Source: Lingula anatina (taxonomy: Eukaryota; Animalia; Brachiopoda). From it: DNA of 64,000 bases. The stretch is from contig CM120646.1 of assembly GCA_051362555.1 (NCBI GenBank), positions 17,298,001-17,362,000 on the forward strand, in the 5' to 3' direction. Within the stretch, counting starts at the first letter, position 1. Every line of letters starts with the position of its first letter. The notes beneath the pieces were generated by a model, which had not been told where the DNA came from, made no database searches, and saw only the letters and a program-made list of their open reading frames with translations. Shown here one piece after another: positions 35,479-48,000 of this stretch. The position numbers were made by a program, and so were the translations under genes.

Positions 35479-38400
35479 GTGAGATACTGGGAAGAAGCTA
35501 GATTTAAAGAGTCTGGGGGTAACCCCCTTGTCGATTTCACTCTTTTCTGTGATTTATCAAAACATGTGTCCTGTCACTTTATCAGTATCAACTATAAACG
35601 GCACCATGCTCACTTTTGCTCACCATGATTCATGAAACAAGGCAGACACACGCAAAGTGTTATTTTCAATAATCTGTCGATGGAAGTATTTTGTTTTATT
35701 CTGTTCTATTTTAGACCCAGTCTCCTCAATTCTCCCTGATTGATTGTTTCATTCGAGGTAAAATGAATTGCCTCTGGTGCAACTTTTAGCCATTTGTCAG
35801 TTACGGGCATAGATCTAAAAGAGGATGGGTATTCACTGTAAAGTTATCTAGAAAACAGAGGCCCTGCAGTTTTGCTGTCAGCAATTTCAAAGGGCACTGT
35901 TTTTTTTCTGAAAATTGGAGCTTTTTACCCTCTTACTTGACCAATCTTGAAAATGCTAGAGCTGAGATAAAATTTTGATGCAGAGCAGACATTTTTCAGT
36001 CAAAAGGGCAGTTCTTATAACCCCCCCCCCCCCCCCTTTCTAAAGACCTGCTTTATCTTAAAGTGACTAACTTACTATAAATAAAACAGAAGTAATCTTA
36101 TTACAGTACTTAGTAAGTTTCTGGGTGTTTTCCAAACAAGCATTTTTATGCCTCACCATTCTGGATAATGGTCAGATATCTTAATGTGACATTGAGATAC
36201 TTAACGGTAGGTAACAATGATGTCATCTTAGGGAGTTTTACATCATATGGATACATGTGCAAGCCACACAGATGATGTACTTGAAAGCTAATGCTCTCCA
36301 AAACTGTCACTGTTGTAGAAAAGGGACATTTCCATCATCATATTAAAATATTTGCAGTTAACCTTGGAATTCTGTCTGTGGAAAACTTATAATGCACATT
36401 AGTATCATTGTGATTTGATTTTAATTGATTTACTTTTTACCGTGTATGGACTCCAGTTAGTAGAGAAGGGCTTGAAAGCAAGCACTTGGTATATACTGGA
36501 CAAGGGGGTACTTGGGGGGTAGGGGTGGGTGGGGTAGAAGGAAAGTGACTCTTGGTCCATTATTAAGGGAAGGGGTACCAGGGGGTATGGAGGGAGGGGG
36601 AGAGTTGATTGTTCCAACAGAAAATAGAGATCAAATTGCCAAGTTGGATGTTCTGCTCATTTTTTTCACATATGGACTGACTCCAGCAACAAATGCAGTA
36701 TACAAACATATGAGGATACGAGTACCCAATTATTGCCAGCCAATTTTTCAGCAAGGTTTTTTGATAGGTGAATCCTTCTCATCATGCTCATGTTTGTACT
36801 AGTACTTGTATGCTTATTCATAAATAATTCTGTAGGTGCATAATTTTAGAGATGCCCCCCCCCCTTCACTCACACACGCAAGCATGCACACACACACACA
36901 CACACACTGTCACATCACAGGGTAAAACCATAGTTTATAACATGGAATTAGACTAAGGATATATTTTAGTTTATTTACAGCTTGAGACTTGAATGTCTTT
37001 AGCTGTTGAAAATTTTAATTATTGCTAGATACCAGTAATAATAAAATACTTCAAAATATAACTTCCTTAAAAGTTGAGTAAGATTTGTCTTTACAATTAA
37101 ATTATGAATGTTCCCTACAGTGGGTAGATTTGGTTGATACTTTGGTTAAATGTCTTCATGTAAAGGAGTGAAAAGGAAAAAAAAAAACAGTAAAGTGATA
37201 ATTGTGTTATTCAGAGAAAGCTCTTTCTTGGAATATGTTTTGCAATAACAGGAACTTGAGAGGGGGGAAGGACTCATTAACTAGTATCAACATTGATGAA
37301 AACTATCTCTGTCTTTTATTTCCCCCACCTGTGGTAATTACAAGTATGTGTATTCATTTATAGCAACTGTTTTGCTGTTTCCTTGGTATGTGCATGTATT
37401 TTTACATTCACATGTGAATGCTTGTAAGCATGCACTCACACACACACATGTACTATTGACAAAGCCTACCATTTATGATTGTGTATGTGGGAATTCTCTC
37501 CATGTTTAATCTACGTATGCAACAATGATATTTATTTATAAACAAGACAAGGTTTATATATTTTAGATATTAAAATATTTTGAGAGAGCTTCGGACATAT
37601 TCTTTCAATGAGTACACTACAGGTAATGCTATCTGGTGTTGACTGTATTGAAGCGCTGAAGGAAATTGAAATAGGTTTCAGAACAAATATTTTGTCCCCT
37701 CATACATTTTCGCAGCATTTTCAATATTTACAGAAAATTTTATCTTTGTCCTGTCTTCTTTTTCTACTTATTTTTGGTATTTTAATAAACAAAAATTACA
37801 TTTTTCGGAGTCTTTTTGTTTCACTCTTCAGTGGTGTTTGATTGCTATCAAACACATGTTAAATTAAATTATAAATTCTTGCTATATATATCGATTCACT
37901 TTGATGTTACAGTAATAAATGAGTTGAAAATAAAGAAAGACTTAAAGTGATTTTTTTCATGATTTGAATACTAGAGGCAAGTTAATGACCTCTGATTACC
38001 TGAGTCCTTTTCTCTTTGTAATTTTAAGGTAAATATATAAATACAGTACCTCTTCACACAGAAGTTTTTAGGATTTTTCCCCACATTGGACCTGCAATTG
38101 CTAACATAGGACAGTAGCATCTGGAATTTCTGTCCATGTAAAATAATGCAGGCTCCTGTGAAAGTCATTATATATTGACTTTTAGTTTTTAGAAAATGAT
38201 GGTGGTTATTTTACACACTTACTATTACTTTGTTGAGTGCCACTTAAAGGAAAGGAAGGAAAAATTAAATACATTTTTTTCCTGGAAGACAGCAATTTGA
38301 TTGCAAACTTTGGCAACTGCTTGTATGGGTAGCATTTGGGAGGTCATTTAGTTCTGTGGGGGTACGAGTCAGTTCATCAAAATTATAGAGTTAATTTGCA

Positions 38401-38529
38401 GAATAGTTACTCCTAATGAATACCAATTTTGTTATATACTGCTAATAGTGAAACAGGTAAGGCAAGTTGCCATTATCTGATATGATCACAAACAAACCAT
38501 GTCATAAATATTTCTGTTAAGGTCCCACG

Positions 38530-38572
38530 TGTATTGTATTGTATTGTATTGTATTGTATTGTACTGTATTGT
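38530..38572. repeat. (GTATT)n pentanucleotide microsatellite
   Basis: Direct reading of the sequence. Confidence 0.85.
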
Positions 38573-39258
38573 AATAGTGGTTACAGGAAAACAATTAACT
38601 TCTTTCTAACAGTTTCTTCAATTGTTGTACTCGTGAGATGAGAGACAGAGATTTTATTTTCTGAAGTTAAGGCTGATACATTTAGATTTATATCAACCAC
38701 ACACAGCCATGTTTCATACAGTATTGATGGGTCAAGCTTTCTAGTTTATTTTTAATTTGCTGGATCTGAGGTGCATTCAGTGCTACATACAGGTGCACTG
38801 AAAATGGGTCATTTTAAGAGAACAAACCATTGCCAGTTTATTCAAAACTAATGCACAACTTAGTGTTGAGTTATCTTAAAAGATAAATAAAAAACACAGG
38901 GATGAATTTCCTTTTTTTTTTTTTTTTTTTTTTTTGCGGGGGTTGGGGGGATTGACAATAAAGAAATGGTAAGAACCATTTTGATTACATGTACTAACAG
39001 AACTCAGATAAGGCATGTTTTAACATGTTAAAAACAACTGAGTTGTCTTGAGTTGTGTTGATGGACATGGATAGTCTGAAAAGCTTGTTATTTGGTGTAG
39101 CTTGGGTTTCCATGCAATTCTAAATCATTTGCTCTGCTGTGTTCAGATTTGTTACCATGAAATGAAAGGTTACCGACGAGGAAGAGTTCAAAAGTGTTGG
39201 CAGAATGCCAAAATGCCTTGGATTTGACCTAGTGGTTACATGCAAATTTCAAATCTCT

Positions 39259-41600
39259 TTTTATGTACAGACACAGATGTGTCTGTACATATTGCCATCA
39301 CCTGCGTCTGTCGTCGCCGATGGCGATGCCGATGGCGATGCCGATGACGATGCCGATGGCGATGCCGGCGCCGTGCACTTTCCTTGTAAACACGATAAGT
39401 GGAGGGCAGTTTTACTTTTTGGCTTTATATTTACAGAGCTGATGAATATTCATAAAACGCAGGTCAAGTTCGAAAATCAGCATGATCGGGCCATTATTGT
39501 AGAAGTTATGCTGTTTTTTCACTTTTCAGCATATTTTTCACATTTCCTCAGATTCAATTCTTAGGCATGTTAACAGTCTCATTATTAAACTAATAAGATA
39601 CGTAAAAGTTTTTGTTTGACATTTCCTGCATCTTTACAACATTGTTAGTTGATTTTGTAAAAGTGATGGTAAACTTGTTATCGTGTATTGTGTAATAAAG
39701 TTTCAAAAATGGAAATAAACTCATATCATTGCAGTTTGTCAGATTCAATCATTCACTATGTTCAGAATCTCAGAATGGAAGAAATTGGACATTTAACACT
39801 GCTCTATTGATATTTTTCCCATCTCATCAATTTTCTTAGTTGATCATATAAAAATGGCAGTAAACTGTTAATTTTGTTTTATGTTAAAAATTGTTAAAAA
39901 TGGAAAAAAAAAAACATTTTAGAACAGTGCTGTCTTGTTTACATTTTGGCATTTTCAAGTTGTGACTTTGAAGTTCCATGGGCCTGAAGACCTTTGCTAG
40001 TCAAATTTTCTGAATATCCATGATACTAGTATTTTATTATTAAAAATTGATGGTCATTATGATGTTAAACATTATGTAATATTGCATCAAAATTTGAAAA
40101 AAAAACTATTTTGGGCACTGCTCCCATGATGACCATTTAAGAAAAACCATGTCACTTACTGTTCTCAAACAGTACAGTAAATATATATAGATGTGTCTGT
40201 ACATATTGCCATCACCTGCGTCTGTCGTCCCCGTCATCGCCGGTGCCGGCGCCGTGCACTTTCATTGTAAACACGATAAGTGGAAGGCAGTTTTACTTTT
40301 TGGCTTTATATTTACAGAGCTGATGAATATTCATAAAACGCAGGTCAAGTTTGAAAATCAGCATGATCGGGCCATTATTGTAGAAGTTATGCTTTATTTT
40401 TCACTTTTCAGCATATATGCAACACTGTAAACACTTTCCAAGGAAAACCATAGGCCTGTTGTCATGAAACTCACAGGAGTAATCTATCTTACTAAAACGC
40501 AGGTCAAGTTAGAAAATCGGCATGATCAGTCCACTATTTTAGTAGTTATGCTTTTTTTTCACTTTTCAGCATATATGCAACACTGTAAACACAATATAAG
40601 AAAAACAGATAGGCCAATTGTCATTAAACTCACAGGAGTGGTCAATAGGCCAATTGTCATTAAACTCACAGGAGTGGTCAATCCTGCTAAAACACAGGTT
40701 GAGTTAAAAGATCAGCATAATCGGGCCATTATTTTAGAAGTTATGTTGTTTTTTCACATTTCCTCAGATTCAATTCTTAGGCATGTTAACAGTTTCATTG
40801 TTTAATTAATAAGATATTAAAAGTGTTTGTTTGACATTCCCTGCATCTTTACAACATTGTTAGTTGATTTTGTAAAAATGATGGTTAAATTGTTATCGTG
40901 TATTGTGTAATAAAGTTTCAAAAATGGAAATAAATTCAATCATTCACTATGTTCAGAATCTCAGAATGGAAGAAATTGGACATTTAACACTGCTCTATTG
41001 ATATTTTTCCCATCTCATCAATTTTTTTAGTTGATTATATAAAAATAGCAGTAAACTGTTAATTTTGTTTTATGTTTAAAAATGTTAAAAATGGAAAAAA
41101 AGCGTTTCAGAACAGTGCTGTCTTGTTTACATTTTGGCATTTTCAAGTTGTGACTTTTAAGTTCCATGGGCCTAATATTTTATAATTAAAAATTGATGGT
41201 CATTATGCTGTTAACCATTATGTAATATTGCATCAGAATAGAAGAAAACACAATTTTGGGTGCTGCTGCCATGATGACCATTATGGGAAAACCATGTTAC
41301 TTATGATTGCCAAACTTTCAAAAAAGAAATACAGGACTAAAATGCAGCTGGAGTTGGAAAAGCAGTCTAATTGACTTCTTTTTCTGGAAGTTATACATTT
41401 TCAAAGTGTGAACTTGAACTCCCATGGGCCTTATGCTTGTTACACATTTTACTTACATTGGTATTACCTGTTAAGCACAATTAAAATTTGATGTTGAATT
41501 TGCAGTTTAACATAATGTACTTTTGCATCAGAATTGACAGTAGCCTATTTTGTTATTTCCTGCTTTTTGTCTGTACATTTGACAGCTTTGCTGCCTTGTT
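39259..41600 (+). mobile_element. Helentron-associated non-autonomous element (HINE/DINE-1-like) with internal tandem repeats and a ~0.9-kb internal duplication
   Basis: 5' T-run, then subTIR tatgtacagac (39262-39272) with its inverted copy gtctgtacata (39281-39291), and a (gccgatggcgat)n microsatellite. Core repeats aaaacgcaggtcaagtt.gaaaatc occur at ~39455, 40336, 40495 and 40689. The 3' end has subTIR gtctgtacat (41569-41578), a short hairpin cagc-ttt-gctg (41583-41593) and TTGTTTT. Confidence 0.8.
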
Positions 41601-42003
41601 TTAATTCCAGTAGACATTTCACTTTTTTTAGATTCATAGTGTGCAGTTACAAAAACATACTGTTTTGGCATCAGTCCAGCTTGCTTTTCACAACTTCTGA
41701 TAATCTCTTTTAGATATGCTTACAAAGTATTGGAGTTGGGGAACATACATATTCATGTCAGTTTTGGTTGAATGCAATATTTGCACTATTTTTGACTTAA
41801 AAGATGGAAAACTTGTTTAGAAAAAACGTGGGAGTGTTGTAAATCAATAGAAAATATGTTACTGAATTTTACATATATATTCTCTCTATATATGAACTAG
41901 TGTAGTTTTTTCATTTTAGTAAGTTAAATTGGTAGTTTCGTGATTGAAGTTTATTTCAAATTTTGTTTTCCAGGTTTGACATTTTACCTGTGCAGACACC
42001 AAA

Positions 42004-45000
42004 ATGAATGGTCTGGTACACACTGAGACGGTCAACCTATTGGACATCATGGAGGGGGCAGACTCAGCAGACATGTGAGTGTATGAGAACGTGTGTATGT
42101 ATGTGTGCAATTGTGTGTGTGTGTGTGTGTGTGCACGTGTGCAATTGTATTTGTGTGTGTGCATGTGTGTGTGCGCGTGTGCAATTGTGTTTGTGTGTGT
42201 GTGTGTGTGTGTGAGTGAGTGGGAGGAGAAGATTGTTTGCACAATTGTTTCCTCAGGAGGGGAGTTGGTGAAAGCCCATTTACTGAGCTCTTTTAAACAA
42301 ATGATTTTTTGTCAGCAATATGTTTGTGACATCCACTTGTACAGAGTGGATATTAGATCAAAACTTTGCAGACTCATTTTGTATCTATTACATAAAGGCT
42401 AATGATCATATAGATTGTAATTGATTTGAAAAAAATATGTGCCTGAGAGGGTAAGCCTCAAAATAGAAATTCACTGTTATTTTGGAAACTTCACGTCCGT
42501 TATTTAATGATTTTTTCTTGTTACTCACAGCAATGTGCTATCTGACATTAACTAAAATTAATATTTTCAGGCATTTCAATTTTCTAGGAAGTAGTATACT
42601 AAAGGCTTTATTATGGGGGGGGGGGGGAAATAAATCAGTCTTATGTAGTATTCATTACAAACTGCAATCTGCCTGAGCCTTTTCAGTTTATTTGCAATGC
42701 ATATCGTTTTGTATTTCAATTCATGTCACAGGGCCTCTGTACCCATCTCCAAAGGGCGTAATCGGGAGGCGCACAGGGGCAATGAAAAAAAGAGGAAAGA
42801 GAAGACAAGGACACTGATAGCACAGATAGCTGATATGTTGCCTGGTTACGCATCTGTGAAAAACAAGGTATGTATGGAGTGAATTATGGATATGTTTTCT
42901 GATTATGTTGTCAACATGGTTGCATAAAAATGTGATTGAATACTCCATAAATTCAATTTTAGAATACTAGGGTCTCACAAAATGTATGGAAAATATTGAA
43001 TTCACATTAAGAGCATGCAGGTACCTTGGGTACCTTTGAGATTTCCTCTTGTCTTCTGAGGCTTAGTTCACTTAATGAACTTCTTTTTATTTTTTTATTC
43101 ATTGACATTAGCTATGTTTAAATGACACAAATCATGGAGAAAATAAAGGATGAAAAAAAAAGATTTCTACAGATGTTGTGATGAACTGCAACTATAAATA
43201 CTGTTTTGATGATCAATTCATACCGAGTCATTATTTTCAGTCCATGAACATGACACTGGAGAGGGCTGTCATGTACATGATTGAACTGAAGGAGAAGAAT
43301 GACCAAATGCTTCTCAATGACCCTAACCTGTACAGAGGTATGGAGGGGTTATTGGGGGGGAGGGGGGGGGGTAATTGCAGGTGGGCTGGGGGGGGGGGGG
43401 GGGAGGTGCAGCCGATTTTGAGTTGGAGGTTGGGTGTAGATGAAGGGTTTTGTAAGGGATAAATGCAACTAGATGTAGATGGGGTGAGGAGAATTACAAA
43501 TTGCTTAAGGCAAAGGTGGGGGGGGGGAGGTAGGAAATGGTATCGATTACTTGTCAGTGGGGTTGTAGGGAATTTTAGGTGCAAATATGAGGGACTTGTG
43601 ATGAAATGTCAGAGGCTGAAATATCAAGTTACGGTATGTCATTGAAATTGGAGGCTTTAAAAATTTAAAAGTAATTCAATTAATATACTAGCCCACTCTT
43701 TTTCCTACTGTGAACTATTTTTCTTCTAGTTCAACTTATTTATTTTTTGATAAAAATTATTTCAGAGGAAGAACTGAGAAATGTGAAGGAAAACATGCAG
43801 CAGTTGACTGCAGAAAGGGACAAGTATCTTAGACTTCTAGAGGCTGCAGGTGAGGGGAGTTAATAATTTAGTGACAGCTGTAACACAGGCATGCAAAATT
43901 CAATATTCCTTATAAAGAAACTTTGAAAAAAAATGGCAATAAAGCATACCTTGACTTCCATTTAAAGTTGCTTGATTTTGTAAATTAAGTAGCATTTTAT
44001 GAAAAAAAGTCTTTTCTACTCCCTCTTTTTTTTAAATATTATATAAAAGTAACATTTTTGAATAATTGATTAGGGAACAATTCAAAATTATGGATAGTAA
44101 TATTTTTTAAACATATGAAAAATTGGTTAATTGACCCTTTTATATTTAAACTTTTCAAATTCCAGTATTACTTGATAGGCGGCAACTTAATTATTTCCTC
44201 ATATCATTATCTTCCTTATTCCTTTTTTCCAGGAATTCCACCGGACAGTAATCCTAGTGCCTTGTGGAAAGGTGCCAAGAAGGGAAGCCAATATGAAAAG
44301 CTTCAAAACTTTTCCATGCAGAATTCCACTGGAATTGTGAAGGAGGATAACCATCAGCCTGAGGGAGAAGATCAGAAGAAAAAATTCTGGCCAAGAAAAA
44401 ACCTTGTGAGCAGTGTACTTAAGTCAAAGAAATCAGAGGATTTTAATGAACATCTAAACAAGGCTGCACAGTTGGTGCCACCAGAGGCCCCTGTTGGCAG
44501 TGATGGAACCATGATGGTCCCACTCCTGAATGCCAATGGTCAGGTCATCACACAGCTGACCATCAACACTGGGCCACAGCAAGGAGGCACTGGACAGTCT
44601 CCAAGTCAGAATGTCCTGTTTATGTCGCCAAACGGCAGTGCTGTTCTGCAACCTCATGCTGCAGGATTACGGGGAGCTGTACAGCAGCCAGTAACGATGG
44701 GGAGCTCTGGGGTTGGGAACCAATCAGTGGCTGGTTCTCAAAGTGTCTCGCCTACTAGCAGCTCTGCAGTGACTCCAAACTCAAACTCTACGAGCGTCAC
44801 ACAGTCTCTGAACTTGAATGCTCCCATTATGTCTACAAATGTTGACAATGGAAACACCCACCCAGTGACTTCAACCAATCAAAATGGCATGCTAAATATA
44901 ATGCCCAATCAGAATATGGGATTGCCTATCTTGCCTGGTGGCCCACCAGGGACTGCACTCATAAACCAAAATGGGCAGTTGATATTTGTTGGTGACCAAG

Positions 45001-48000
45001 GTTTACCGCTGATGCAAGGGAACATAGGCCTTGGTTCACAAATGCCGCAGTCATCGTCCAGCAATTTCCAGGCGCCATCTGAAGTTCACAACCAAGGTCA
45101 GGAGGATGGAACATCCATGGCATCATCATCATCAGCACCAACCACTTTGACCAACCATCAACCTGGTATAACATCATTGCCAAGCAGTGTCACCCAATCC
45201 TTGGCTGCTAGGCAGCAGCCAGTCGCCCCTTCAGTACAGAGCTCTACTGGACCACAACAGGTCAACAGTTTACAACCTGGTGGTCTGCTAACTGTGAATA
45301 ATCAATCTGGAGCTCCAAGCCAGCACCCCACAGCTTTGATGCTTCCTAATGGACAAATTATCCCTGTAGTGACTCAGCCATCCATGCTTCTGCAGGGTGC
45401 AACCCCTGTACCTGGTGGTTTCATTATTCCAGCCAATCAAGCTAGAAATTTAAATATGCCACCACAACAGCAGACTACTGGGTTGCCTGGAAGTCAGGCC
45501 CCGCCAGTGGGGTTGCCAGCTTCTGGGTTGCTCATGACAACCCAGGCTACCATGCCAACAGTTGCTATGACTACTGTGTCTTCAAGCATAACTGCGCAAA
45601 CTGCTTTACCTTCTTCCCAAACAGTTGATATGAATATGGCTGCTGGATTACCCTCCCAAACAGTTCACCTTTTTGGGCCTGGTGCTAAAATGGGAGGGGC
45701 TGTGTCAGGGAGTGGTTCACGTCCCTCGAGTAGGTCCAGTCAGCAGGGAAAAAATTGCCCCAATGGTGCCAGCCAGTTACATAATACTCAATCAGGAGCG
45801 CCTGTAATGACTGCAGAGAACAACTCTCACAACAGGATGACTGTGCCCCTTAGTCAATATGCCACAGATTCTTCAAATTTTCCTGTCACTGGGGTCAAGA
45901 CTCAGACTTTAGGACTCCCACCAGGAACAGGGATAGTTCCAACAAGTGATGCCCAGAACTTCAGCAGTGGAACCATCACACAAGTGACTTCTACTTCAAC
46001 AGTCACTCAAGCCCCTGTGATAACATCAGGGACTGCAGGTCAGCCAGGCACAATCACACTACAGCCAGGTGCTGCTACCATGGTACCCATATTCACATCA
46101 CAGGGGACTATCTTGATTACACTGCCACCTGGTAGCCAACCAGGCTTGATTGTAGATGGCAATGGAGTCCCCCTGTTTAACACTGTCTCTGCCTCCAACC
46201 AAGCTCCTGCCACCCCTACAAGTCAGGCACAGGGGTTGAAGAAGCCAGGACAGCGTATCATTAAGCCAAAACCTCCCTCTGGGGAATCTGATAGTTCCCT
46301 GTCATCTACTTCTGGTAGTAAAAAGAAGAAAAAGTCAAAATCAAAATCCCAGAAGTCATCGCTGTGGGATGCACCTCTTTTCAGAGATGTCAGCCAAGCT
46401 GGAGAGGAGGACGGAAACAAAAGTAAGGATACCAGCAGCTCTGAGGCTGCAGATAAGAATAAGCAGGAGTCGACTACTGATATCCTTGCCAAGGCTGCAG
46501 AATCAATATTTTCCAGTGAAGGATCTCCTGGTGGATTTTATAATGCAGATGATGATGACAGACTTGAAATTGATACAAGTGTCACTGAAGCAAATGAAGA
46601 GAGTGATTCCCAGATCAAGTCTCCTTTATCAAAAGGCAGTGCCTCTCACTCTCCGGTGAAGTCACCATTTGCAAAAGGTGAAAGAGGCCGTTCTCCAGTA
46701 AGGTCTCCTCTATCAAAAGGACAGTCATTTCCCATGAAATCACCATCTTCAGAGAAAGAGGTTGAAAAGGGAAGAACTCGAAACAAATCTAATAGTCACA
46801 AGAACAAGCAGAATGATAGCAAAGAAGGCACTAAAAAAGATGTGAAACGATTAAACGAAGGTCACCAAATTGATATTACTGTGAATCCAGAACATTTTCC
46901 TGGGTATTTTACAGAACAGAGACTGACTAATGATCAGAGGTCTTGTTTTGATACAAATGAGGTTGCCTTCTCCAACAGTGTTGGGCAAGGAACCAAAAGT
47001 CCTCCCAACCCAAAATCTCAGAACAAAAGAAAAAAATCAGGAGATTCCACTGCAAAGAAAGCAGAATCTCAAGAACACATATCTGTAGTTAATTCTCCTC
47101 CTAATACATCGAAGTCTCAAAAGAGACGTCAGTCTATAAAAAGTCCAGAGCGTTCAAAACAAAATAAGAAGTCAACAGAGAAGCCAAAGTCGAAACAAGC
47201 TGAAAAAGTTCAAGAGGTTTTCCCAGAAACAATTGAATTCTCCGAGACTGAGCTCTCTGATGTACTAGATCAAGTTGAGAGTCTTGGAAAACCTGTAGAT
47301 GAGGAGCCAGAAAAGAAATCACGGTCTAGAAAATCCAAGTGTGATGCTGATGAGGAACCTCACCCCAAGAAAAGGCGGAAAGGCCCATCCAAAGGGTTAC
47401 TTTCAATGAAAGGAAAAAGTGCAACTGATAGTGTGTTGCAAAATAAAAGTATGGACATTTTTGAATTTACAGATGATTCACCGTCTCCTCCTGCACTTGT
47501 GATAACAAATGAAAACACTGAAACTAAGGTGCAGTTGCCTAAAAGCCCTGATAAGATTTCACCTGGTAAGGGGACTCTGCCTAGGTATAATGTATTTAGT
47601 AATGAATTGAAACAGAGAAAACGAACAGTAAGCCAGGATCAGTTGGATGACAAGCAGGATGATAGGGAACAGCCTACTGATGAGCATAACAGCTCTTTTG
47701 AAAGTGGTGAGAATTTATTTGAAACTCTATTTAATGCTGCCACTGCAGCAGGACAGAATACTGCCGTGACAGCACAGAATCATAATGAATCAGATAACTT
47801 AAATCTACTCTCTGACATGGCATTGTCTCAAAACTATACTGCCAGCCAATCCAGAATCTCGAACAAATCATCAGTACAGAAGAACTTACAAGAAAATGGA
47901 ATGGGACAAATGGAAAAGACAAAAGGGGAAACGGAATGCCCAAGTACTAATGCAGCTGGTTACAATTATTACTCTGTTATTACTTCCAGTTCTCAACAGT

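Noticed and set aside
35857-36050. Possible CAG...CTG TIR element with a poly-C run
   Set aside because: Neither a convincing terminal inverted repeat nor a TSD could be defined.
39438-39472. CTGATGA motif suggesting a hammerhead ribozyme in the repeat
   Set aside because: No GAAA after a stem II and no plausible stems I and III (it reads ctgatgaatattcataaaac).
39205-40805. ORFs 39205-39564, 40191-40430 and 40464-40805 with mutually similar peptides
   Set aside because: Translations of the HINE-like element's internal repeats, not a gene family.
41916-42402. Several Cys/Val or His/Thr-rich ORFs
   Set aside because: Products of the (TG)n microsatellite.
44115-44232. N-terminal 39 aa of the 2127-aa ORF call
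   Set aside because: Intronic polypyrimidine tract; the real exon starts after the AG at 44232.
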